A stretch of 63,070 bases of DNA, the filler included, from Collodictyon triciliatum (taxonomy: Eukaryota): the NCBI GenBank assembly GCA_043381765.1. It is 4 parts of 4 records of this genome, joined end to end, with 100 filler letters (N's around TTAATTAATTAA, not from the genome) between each part and the next. Parts side by side here need not be neighbours in the genome. Positions count along the whole stretch, not along the records: positions 1 to 14,936 come from JBHJMP010001752.1; positions 15,037 to 29,968 come from JBHJMP010001753.1; 2 more parts are not named here. One strand, 5' to 3'. Shown here piece by piece: positions 11,301 through 21,386 of this stretch. The stretch's first letter is position 1. Every line of letters begins with the position of its first letter. Both the position numbers and the translations under genes were made by a program. The notes under the pieces were generated by a model. That model saw only the letters and a program-made list of their open reading frames with translations. It was not told the DNA's origin and made no database searches.

Positions 11301-14300
11301 CGATGAAGTCTGACGCGCATCAGAGGCGATTACCAAAGAGACCCTCTTCTGCCAACCAAAGCACTAAACGAGCTGAAACACCTGATATTCGACCTCATAG
11401 CCGTGCGAGTACATCTCTTGGATTTTTTGAAGATTCTGCTCAGAAATTTTCAAACTCAATTTCCTCTACAAGGGATGAAAAGAATTTATCTATTTACATG
11501 GACTCTTCGTTGAATGTGTCCACCCAAGGATCTCTTTCAAGGCCAGAGTCACGAATAAGTCAGAGCAACCAGAAAACAGACTCCTCTGCAAGGCCATTTA
11601 CAAGTCCAATAACCTCCAATATGCAATCAATGAATGATAGTACTAAGCTTCAAAAAACCCAAAACCAACCAACATTTGAACCTAGCCCAGAGGAATTAGC
11701 TATATCGATTCTCCATTCCTCACAACACCAAACAGATCCCAAAATAACTCTTGAAAATCTCCGACAGAGGATGATGACCATAGATCAGAGACTAAGCGAG
11801 CAGGATTCTTTACAGCCTCCTTATTCTGTTGTTTCAATGGATCGTTCTGGGATCGAACGAAGATTAATGAAAATTGCAATGGTAGTTTATCATATTCTAG
11901 CATGTCCGCCATATATATGAGTCTTCATCGCCCATTTTTTTCACCCCTTGTATGGCTTTATACTCTTGCACTTTGGACCGAATAAAGGAAATAAGTATTT
12001 TGTTTTATTTTGTTTTGTTTACATGAATTAGAAGACTCGGATAATCATAGCTGACTTTTTTTTTTTTTTTTTTGCAGCTGAATGATTACATACAGGAACA
12101 AGCAGATTCCTTGGTAGTAACTAGTGTCGAACCTTCAAAAGTCACTCAACCACCCGATAACGAAGAGGTTTAACTCTTCACCATTCTCCTTTTTCCTTCT
12201 TTTCCTTCTTTTCCTTCTTTTCCTTCTTTTTCTTCTTTTTCTTCTTTTTCTTCTTTTTCTTCTTTTTCTCATTTTCTCGTTTTCTATCTTGATGTTACTC
12301 TTATTTTTTGTGTTTTTTTCCATTAAAATACATAAATGTAATTTATCATATATTCTATATAGACCGCGATTCAGCTGTAAATTTTGTGATGAAAGAAACT
12401 TTTAGGAATTTTCAAAGAAATAATCGAATCAAGATTTAACTTAGCATTTATTAATGGGGTGTGTAATGACTCTACATAGATCATGCTGAGGAAGGAAATT
12501 GCACTTGTTTTGAAAGAGAAATTGTTTGAAATTCAAGAGGAGCTTAAAGAGCAAGAAAGGGAACAGCGAGAAGAAGTACTAAAGGATATATTTGTTGCTA
12601 TGTATAAAACAAGCTAACGAGGTAATTATATAATAGAAAGCTGAGAAAGGAAAGCAGCACTTAAAAGATGCAAATGCCTCCAGAAATCGAATGATGGCCA
12701 TAGCTCAAAGCTTGCGTGATGCAAAGTACCTGCGCAGTGTATGATACAACTGAAATTCGCTAATTCTTATTTTTAGTTTAAATTTGAAGCAAATATAATA
12801 CGGAATTTTTATTGCATCATTTTAGATCAAAACGCCATCCGACGTAAATAGGCCCAAAGAAAATGATTTACAGGATAAACTTGCCCGGGTTTGTTCTATT
12901 TTCCACGATAAATTATGTCCATTCGACCATGATGAAGTGCTCACTTCAATTTTTGCTTTATTTATGCCAACTATTACTTGTTCCTATGTCGTTTTTCTTT
13001 TCCGTTCTCCTCCTTTAAGGTTGCTCGAATAAGGGATGAGCAAAAACAAGCTCGAGAGGCATTGATGCAGTTTTTTGAATCCACAAGATCAGAAGCTCAC
13101 ATACAAGGACAAATTGATAAAATATCCACACAAGAGGCTATTGATATGCATAATTTGAAAGAGCTGCGCAAGGTATTATCTAATCCATATATGATTTTTT
13201 TTTGTACTATACTTTATCGATTCAGCCTTATACATAAAATTTAAATATATGTTTTCATTAATTTTTTCTTCTGCAAACCAAAATCTCAACAGATTGGTTC
13301 CGTTCACGAGCAAAAGAAAAAAGTCAAAAATAAGAAGGAAAGGATTCAGGATGACATTTCATTTTCCAAGACATTTGTTTCTCAGCAGAATATGGTATCG
13401 AGGCATCTACGAATGAGTGGTTTGATATACTTTTTTAAAATACCGCAATAATCAGACAATAATTTTCAAAGTGAATACCTTATTTTCTTGCCATAGTATT
13501 TTCATTTGATGGTTTACGAATTAGAAACATTCCTAATGGTTTTGTTCTTTGATTGAACTGGCGGTATTGACTTTTTAAATCAATATATAGAGTTTGCTTC
13601 TAAAGTAGAGCATGACCGGCATCGCCAATTATCCCATTATCAAACGCTAAAAAGCAAAGAAAAGACAAGAAAACAAGAACACGATAAACTTCTCCAGCAA
13701 GCCTTGGAAAAAAGGCGGTCAGATGTTGCCGCAGTCAATAAGTTTATGGAGGATAAGTTACTTGAAGAAGAACAGCGAAAGGTCATACACACTAATATTG
13801 ATAATAATCATAAACAAATTTCCGTACAAATTGCATTATTATCACCTCATTTATTATTTCATCATGGCGTGTAGTTTAGATGGAGAATATGATTCATAGA
13901 TCTAACAAAAGATATAGCGAAATATTATATCATGCCTTATTCATTTTCAGTTGTATGTTCCTCTGAATAGATCGACGAATTGAATGAAAAAATTCGATTT
14001 CGAGAAGAGAATGAAAAGAAGCGCTCACAGTTTTGTTCTATCGGACCGAATGAATTTGAGTTTGCGCCGTTGGATAACTTAATGACCCCACGCAGATTAG
14101 CCAATTTGAAATCAATTACACAAGGGCCTCTACTGAAGATTTCGCATTCAGACCTTCGAAGGAATGAGCTAAATGCCCCCAGCGAGCACCCCACAGAGGC
14201 ATCTCGTCCAGGGAGTGGGGAGAGAGGGACCGATGAAAGACCCTCTGGTGTTTTCACAGTGATTGATGCCTCTCGAGGAAAGCACAAAAGTGAATGGCTA

Positions 14301-14820
14301 AATGGAGGCAATCCTTCTCCGATTGATGGTGAAGGAAAGCCTGTGCAGATTAGACCATTTTCCAGCACTTCAGCCCCTGAAATTGCACTTTCTGATTCCA
14401 GCAAAGTTACCCATGTGAAACTTCTACGAATTAATGACGGTCTCCCTCCAAATCTACCGCAGCACCACCACCACCAACAGAGGAAATTGCCTCCTCCTCG
14501 TACTTTGACGATGCAGTCAAGGCCATCAACAAAAGCAAGTCAAAGAGAAGGCATGGAAATGTTTGAACTTTCGAGACATTCAAGTGCTCCCGGTCTTGGG
14601 TTCAACGAGAAAGGTTTATCCGATGGAATTGCCCCCGATTACAGTGCAAAAGTAAACTCTGTTCCTGCCGGATATTCTCGAAATATATCGGATATTGAGG
14701 AATCCAACCTATTGAAAGATACCAACGGCTCGATGCCACGTGACGAAAATAGTCGTGCTTGGAAAGAAAGACCCATCAAAAAATCTAAGTCAAAGGAATC
14801 ACAGAGGAAATCACAGTCTG
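6370..14820 (+). CDS. LRRIQ3: Leucine-rich repeat and IQ domain protein, LRRIQ3-like (3' end runs into the contig end)
   Basis: N-terminal SDS22-type LRRs (LRKLDISNNRIDRLP; FLHDNRISSL; LVALTLRDNPVSLQRNFRSFIVNCLPGLKVLDDYVVGDEEVIQ), several IQ motifs (IQRVFRGHIVR, IQKAFR, IQNAWR, IQRWWR, IQAAWRGCVVR), then coiled coil and low-complexity exons. Introns are GT-AG. Confidence 0.8.
6583..6955. repeat. Compound intronic microsatellite (CTTTTT/CTTTT/CTCTTT)n then (CTACTT)n
   Basis: Direct reading; lies in the first LRRIQ3 intron. Confidence 0.9.
8006..8033 (-). mobile_element. Short retroposon-like 3'-end fragment, copy B
   Basis: CCTTTATTCGATTCAAA at 8017-8033 is the exact reverse complement of the core motif, with a short T tract upstream. 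No clear TSD. Confidence 0.6.
8095..8117 (+). mobile_element. Short retroposon-like 3'-end fragment, copy C, with 16-bp TSD
   Basis: CTTTGAATCGAATAAAGGAAAAA is flanked by the perfect direct repeat AATATTTGAGAGTTTG (8079-8094 and 8118-8133). Confidence 0.8.
11944..11991 (+). mobile_element. Short retroposon-like 3'-end fragment, copy D (diverged)
   Basis: CCCCTTGTATGGCTTTATACTCTTGCACTTTGGACCGAATAAAGGAAA shares CCCCTTGTATGGC, CACTTTG and CGAATAAAG with copy A at nearly the same spacing. Confidence 0.65.
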
Positions 14821-14936
14821 TGGGCATCATTTTGGTACTCTTTTTCTTTTCTTTTCTTTTCTTTTCTTTTCTTTTCTTTTCTTTTCTTTTCTTTTCTTTT
14901 CTTTTCTTTTCTTTTCTTTTCTTTTCTTTTCTTTTC

Positions 14937-15036
14937 NNNNNNNNNNNNNNNNNNNNNNNNNNNNNNNNNNNNNNNNNNNNTTAATTAATTAANNNNNNNN
15001 NNNNNNNNNNNNNNNNNNNNNNNNNNNNNNNNNNNN
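14937..15036. other. Artificial contig spacer (44 N + TTAATTAATTAA + 44 N)
   Basis: Exactly 100 nt, with a six-frame stop palindrome at 14981-14992. The same structure recurs twice more. Confidence 0.97.
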
Positions 15037-15226
15037 TGTGTGTGTGTGTGTGTGTGTTCCATCGCAAGATTTCATGCTTGTTATAATGAGGCTCACAGGC
15101 GCAATAAACAGAAAGAGATTGCACGCTACTTGTCCTTCATGGTAGCTTTTCTCGCACCAGCCCTCGCCGTCGGTGACCCTTGTTATCCAAACGCAATCAA
15201 CACCTATTTCCCCCTCAATTAACTAC

Positions 15227-15298
15227 CTCAGAAAAAAAGGAGGCAGTTGGTGTATTGCCGCTGGACTTCTGATTAATGGGAGAAGAAGAAAAAGACAT
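15227..15298 (-). CDS. Possible first exon of a gene truncated by the contig end
   Basis: ATG...MSFSSSPINQKSSGNTPTASFFSE|gtagtt. There is no homology evidence. Confidence 0.25.
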
Positions 15299-15933
15299 GT
15301 ACAGGTTAAGTCTGCTTGACTCCAAGTCTACCGGCTTCTATCGTTCGAGACCTAATCGCCTGATGTGGCTTCTCTGGTTGTTTTTTCTTGAAGTTTGAGA
15401 ATGGACACATAATATAGGGCTCAATGTTCCTAGTTTTCGGGGTCCTCCCGGTGGTCTTTGGTATGTCAACGACCCACTCTACAGTCATTTTCTCGAGAAG
15501 CTTGGATATATCTTGGGTGTTTGTGGAGGACTTTATGCTGTATTGTTAAAATGCGTGGTTGTCTATGGTGGCCTTCTCTTAAGGCACTCAATTCATGTGT
15601 GATAGGAATATGATTTCTCGGCAACAGGGCCCCATGAGTCTGATGTTTGCATTACAAGTGGGCTTTTGTGCACATTTTTAAGTGTGTTACATCAATTGCA
15701 TTTTTTTTAGATATATGGAATAGGCGTCTCCTTTGGCCTCCAATAGGTACGATACTATTATCACCGTATGATATCTCTCACCACAATCCCAAAGAACAGG
15801 CCACGCACCGCACCGATCAAACAGAAGCACAAACCCCAAAGGCAAGCAAGAACCACACAGCAGCCAACTGCGGACAACAAGAAGCCTGCGGCCCACGACA
15901 AAAGCACGGTATTTCTGTCATAGCCAATCCACC

Positions 15934-16290
15934 ATGGATCAGGTTGTCCTAAAAGAGCTTCAGGTTCCGATTCCCGAGGCTGCAAAACTCCTCGATGCCT
16001 TTGTCGCTTCGCTGCCGGACAACGACCCGTCCTTGTCCTACGACGTGAAGCTGAATCTTACCCGACTGCAAGGCTGCTTGAACGGTTGTCGCGTGATGCA
16101 GAATCCGGATCCAGTGAGAGTAGCTTCGAGCACGAAGGAGGAAAGCACAGAGAAGCAGATCTTGGGAGACGTAACCCGCAAGTCCCCGAAGGCGGCCGAT
16201 CTGGTTAAGCGTGAGCCCGAAGAGCGAACCCCGACTGTTTTTGACAAGCAGGACCAGCAGCAAAAGAAGAAGAAGAAAAGCAGCAAGTAG
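15934..16290 (+). CDS. Small protein with Lys-rich tail; candidate RNA polymerase I A14 (RPA14/Ker1)-like subunit
   Basis: Intronless GC-rich 118-aa ORF with a CCACCATGG start context. It has two amphipathic helices (PIPEAAKLLDAFVASL; DVKLNLTRLQGCLNG) and a C-terminal KKKKKSSK. Confidence 0.6.
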   Translation: MDQVVLKELQVPIPEAAKLLDAFVASLPDNDPSLSYDVKLNLTRLQGCLNGCRVMQNPDPVRVASSTKEESTEKQILGDVTRKSPKAADLVKREPEERTPTVFDKQDQQQKKKKKSSK

Positions 16291-16491
16291 AAGAAATGCA
16301 TGCTTGTTTTTCTTAAAGATGACAATTATTTCTTTTTTTCTCTCTCTCCCTATTCTTTCCTTGCCCCCTTTCCTCCACCGAAGAAAATAAAATGAAAGAG
16401 ACATAATAATCCCTCTTACTGGCTGAATGTTGATTCATTCGTTCATCATTACTATTATAACTAGTAACAATGATTTATTTATTTATTTATT

Positions 16492-16594
<103 letters not shown>

Positions 16595-16882
16595 GCTGCT
16601 GTTAACGAGTGCATATCCTTTCTTGGTGGGGAAACAGAAAAGATGTAATATTCAAACCGAGAGAGCCTCTAATAAGGATGCGGATTGTTTCATCTCCTGC
16701 TTCGGTGGAAGCAGAAACACTGATAACCTCATTAATTATTCATAGCATGCCATTTTTTTTTCATTCTTATGCCTTAGACGCGAATTTGTAATCGAACTCA
16801 ATTGCCTTTTTGCGTCAATATTGCTTTGTGTAGTTCGTTGCATTTATTAGATTGGGCGATGGGAAAAGTATGCAGGTTTGGT

Positions 16883-18399
16883 CTATGGCGGAGTTTGTGC
16901 AGCTGTTTTCTTTGTGTGTTCGTCGAGTGCGTCTAGAAAGCTCTGTAGGATATGAGATGCGGCCATGCAATCAAGTGCTCCTTTGTGGTCCATTTTTTTC
17001 CTGTGAGGGTGAACCGACATGAATGCACTTTGTACGTGCCTACAGAATGTTTTAATGAGATTAATAATAAAAACCAGAGGTACATTATCGAAATACCGCA
17101 AAGAGACAATCAAAAGGACACGGTAATACTAAATAACAGAAACAAATCAATGTATGCGATGTACATGTTAACGTATTGGAGATTAATGATACTTTTATAC
17201 AGGCACTATAGAGCAGAGTGTATAACTGATCATTCTTTTAAAAACAAATAAAGGAGGAGAAAGGTAGGAAATACGATAAACTCGTTAAACTTTTATAAGT
17301 CTGATTTATACACCGAATAATTCGGTCATTTATCATTGTAAGAATAGTAAGTATTGATATATGTTTTTACCTAGTAGAACGTCTTTCATCCCAAAGAAAT
17401 ATGGGAAAATTTTCCAGCATCAAGTCACGCTGGAGGCTGGTTAGAAATAAGCGAACTTTCTTGCATTGCTCACCCTCTGTGCCATCCTGGGTATGTCAAT
17501 TATTATGGATAAATCTTGCAACATTTAGAACTGCAATAAAATCAATATACTTTTTATTTTTTTATTTTTAAATGTTTAATATGTATAACATGATATATGA
17601 ATCGAAAATAATTATTAACAATTAAAATATCTGAAAATCATATTATCGAATCACCTGCATCAAAGGAAGCCCAACTACAAGAGCGCACACATTATTAGAA
17701 ATTACTTCCTTTCGAAAAGTGGGTGTAAAAGGCTGCAAACGATATGGTTAGATATCACTGCTATTGCTTAGGTATATTAGTTCCCCTTCTTTTCCCCCAG
17801 CATTTCAAGTTTTAAATCAAAGAGAAATAAATCGTGGCGCTGAAGACATAGCATACTTTGGTGGGATCGCGTCTGGATATGACTTTAAGAGGGAATGCGA
17901 TACGATGTGATGGATCGGAGAGTGCCAAGCCAACCTTTGGGCGGATTACACCACAGCAGCAAGTGTGTATTTTAGCATTAAAGGAAGAAAAAAACATGAG
18001 AACCTAGCAGAAAAAAAATAGAGTAGAAAAAAAAAATCAAATATTGGGAATATAGCTGTCCTAAGAATCCCGGTACTTTCACAACGTGTTGCGTTGGGAT
18101 TGGTTTCATGAAAAAATACTGGCGTAAAAAGGTCTCCTTTTATCTCTTTTTTTTCTCTTTTTTTCTCTTTTTTTCTCTTTTTTTCTCTTTTTTTCTCTTT
18201 TTTCTCTTTTTTCTCTTTTTTTCTCTTTTTTCTCTTTTTTTCTCTTTTTTTCTCTTTTTTTCTCTTTTTTTCTCTTTTTTTCTCTTTTTTTCTCTTCTTT
18301 TTTCTCTTTTTTTTTCTCTCCCTTCTAGGGTTGCATTACCTGGCGCTCTCCAAAGTCCATTCCTAGTAGGCGTTTGCCAAGTGGGAAGGAGCTCACCAT
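16883..18399 (-). CDS. yqgF: YqgF/RuvX family RNase H-fold nuclease (pre-16S rRNA nuclease / resolvase-like)
   Basis: Five exons: MVSSFPLGKRLLGMDFGERQ|VGLALSDPSHRIAFPLKVI...|..ALVVGLPLMQ|DGTEGEQCKKV...LWDERRST|...ALDCMAASHILQSFLD. All hallmark motifs are present (D-x-G, VVGLP, DERxST, DxxAAxxILQxxLD). Confidence 0.9.
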
Positions 18400-18936
18400 T
18401 TATCTATTGTATGTAAAGCTGGAGGATGACGCAAATAATCAGTATGGTAAGAAGGAAGGAAGGAAGGAAAGAAAGAAAAACTCTAGAAAAAAAATGTAAA
18501 TAAAAGATAAACTCAAGAAAAAAAAATGAAAATAAAAAGATGACTCAAACACAGACAAAACCCTAACCCTCAGTTTTTATTTGTGTTACTATCATTATAC
18601 TTTTTTTAGCATACATTCGCAACTAGTGCAGACGAAAACAGCCCCTTTGCAGGGCTTTTAAACCCTGGGTGTCTTTATGAGACAGATAGAAATGTAAAAG
18701 AAAAAGTAAAAGAAAAATAAAGAAAAAATAAAGAAAAAAATAGGGCGACTTTGTGAGAGGAATCAAAAAAAAAAAACACAAATAAAATAAAGGGAAGACG
18801 ATAGAACGCAAAAGACTTTATTCAGTTGCAATGAAGCCAAGGTGACTGCATGTGTCTTTGAGAAAGAGGAGTTGACTGTGGAAAGTTAAAAGAGGATATG
18901 GAGCCAAAAGCTTCGAGGCAAATTGTGGTAGAAACG

Positions 18937-19823
18937 CTATGCCTCTGCTGCATCCACTGCTTGTTTGGCTGTTGCCTTCCCACTGATGCATCTCATAAAA
19001 TGGGATATATACTTTGCCCATACCACCAGGGACGAATCCAAGGCTGTGGAAAAAAGAGTCTCGATGTTCATGTGCACGGTAACTGGGCTGGAAAACTCAT
19101 ATCCCATTTCCCCGTCCGAGATGTCCAGCACGAACCCATTCCCGAGTGCAAGCCCAAAGTTTGCCCGTGCTATGAACTCTGCTGCCTACTTATACGAAGA
19201 GGTTATGCGGCAGTAATCAAACAAACAAACAAACAAACAAACAAACAAACAAACAAACAAACAAACAAACAAACAAACAAACAAACAAACAAACAAACAA
19301 ACAAACAAACAATCAAAGAAGAAAATATATCTCGCTCAAGATTTTGATGATAAATGTGTTAAAGAAGTGCATATAGAAAGAAAAGAAAAGAAAAGAAAAG
19401 AAAAGAAAAGAAAAACGGCTGGCTGATGGGGAGGTAAATGCTAAGTTCCGACAATTATTGCCTATGCGAATCCCTCTCATTTCCGACAAGTATATCATAA
19501 TCATTACACAGAGAGGATGGTTTTTTTTTTTCATAAATAAAAAAAATGGGAGGTTAAAAGGAGACACACAAGGCGAAGCGCGGAGGAAGGACTAACCAAA
19601 CCTCTCCAATTTTGTCGCGGTTGACTTTTTCTGTAAGGCGCAGGTTAATCGAAAAGTGGTCCTGTTGGCAGACTGCGACCAACATGTAGGTGAGTCCGTC
19701 ACTTCCGAAAGCCGATATAATCTTCTCTTCCTGGACTTGGTGCTTGAGTCCTTTCTTTTTAAACACAGCAATGGCAGACGACAGGGTCCTATTCGAGTCC
19801 TTTCGGAAGAAGTTGCCAAACAT
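18937..19823 (-). CDS. YbjN-domain (bacterial-type, T3SS-chaperone-like fold) protein, 156 aa
   Basis: Exons 19602-19823 and 18937-19185 are joined in phase 0 by a GT-AG intron. The sequence KVNRDKIGE|AAEFIARANFGLALGNGFVLDISDGEMGY matches the EfixRaNyglxxGnFexDxxDGEvxy signature I recall for YbjN proteins. Confidence 0.75.
19217..19312. repeat. (AAAC)n intronic microsatellite
   Basis: Direct reading; lies inside the YbjN intron. Confidence 0.95.
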
Positions 19824-20255
19824 TCTGAAAGTATTGTCTGAGCACCTAGAAATGGAGCTGTGAGATCGAAAGCAGGAGATCGCGGGTTCATAACCTCTTT
19901 CCCAAAGCCTCGCCTGTCCTCAGAGCAGAGACTCTTGTTCTCGCAAGGAAGAGCCTGCGTCCGCAAAGGCAGGCGGTGGTCGCGGGCAAGTAAGGATCAA
20001 GTGAGTGTTTGGACTGTGTCTTGGTTTGTTCTTTTGGGCGTGGAAACGCACTGCAAACAGAGAACGCGGGCTCGTATCTTATTCTGGACGATAAAATTTA
20101 ATGCTTTTGAGGCACCCAGAAACCCTCCCTTTGTTTTTGTTTTTTTGGTTTTTTGGTTTTTGTTCTTTTCTTTCTTTCTCTCCTTCTTTCTTTCTTTCCT
20201 TTCTTTCCTTTCTTTTCTTTCTTTTCTTTCTTTTCTTTCTTTCTTTTTTTTCTTT

Positions 20256-20347
<92 letters not shown>

Positions 20348-20734
20348 TTCCTTTTCATAGTTTATTTCCTTTTGCTCCTCGTTAGGTTGCCGTTGCGGCG
20401 GGGCATGGAAGCGTCTGTGCGGTGAATGGAATAGACACCGGATTGTACCAAGTATTGACATGTATGTTTGTTGCATGGAGTGGCAGTGATAATGGTCTAC
20501 TGTCCACAAAGTTTAGTGTGGAGGAGAGGGAAGAATAAAACGAGGTGGAGTGTAATTGAGGAATGAGTAGACAACAGTTGACAGGTGGGTGGATGGCAGC
20601 AAATCCTTGCATACAATAACGCTCCTTTAAATACCCTGTTTTGCCGAGTAGCCAGATGTCACTTGATGAATATTGAAGTAATGAAACAAGGTGGGGATGA
20701 CGCAGAGATGGACATTAACATCATCCTATTTGAG

Positions 20735-21309
20735 CTAACTAAGGTCTTGTGAATCATCCTCAAGTGCACCGGCGCCGTGGCATGGATTGAATTGTTCTTC
20801 GAAAGGTTCTTAATGGAATTACGGTTAAACGAATTCGAATACATTAAATGCGTCGCAGAGGTGCGTGTATACATATCCAGCTCGAGTTTACGTATGTTCT
20901 TTGTACTGTTTTGCTTCATTTTATTTTATAGGAGTATATATTAATTTATTTACTTAAAATGTATAGATTTCTCCATGTTTTGGCTCATACTTACTGATAA
21001 GTGATTCAAAATGCTTGGTTTTTTCCTCCTTAAGTCGGTTTTTGTTTTCCCATATTTTCCGAGAGGTTTGTTTTCCAATCACATCGTCAGGAAATGTGAG
21101 GATTATCGAAGTGCCTGGTTGAACTATTAAATATAGTTTGTTAGAATCAAGCTGGTATCAAGGACTTCTTGGAAATACGAAATGAAAGTCCAATGAGGGA
21201 ACTGACCAGTCTCGTGTAAGAACGAAAATAGAACGGGATTCGCAGAATAATACTTCAGGAATAAGACCCTTTCATTCCGCGGGTCGCAATGTGACTTAAT
21301 GTGCAATAA

Positions 21310-21349
<40 letters not shown>

Positions 21350-21352
21350 AGA

Positions 21353-21386
<34 letters not shown>

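Noticed and set aside
13211-13225. Further degenerate element copies (13212-13224, 25950-25963, 32384-32397, 60937-60947)
   Set aside because: The matches are short and AT-rich with weak or no TSD, and cannot be separated from chance without statistics.
14981-14992. Palindromic TTAATTAATTAA repeated three times in the window
   Set aside because: It is always centred in exactly 44+44 N. This is a synthetic six-frame stop linker joining contigs, not a biological motif.
18558-18570. Telo-box-like AAACCCTAACCCT upstream of yqgF
   Set aside because: A single short occurrence with no supporting context.
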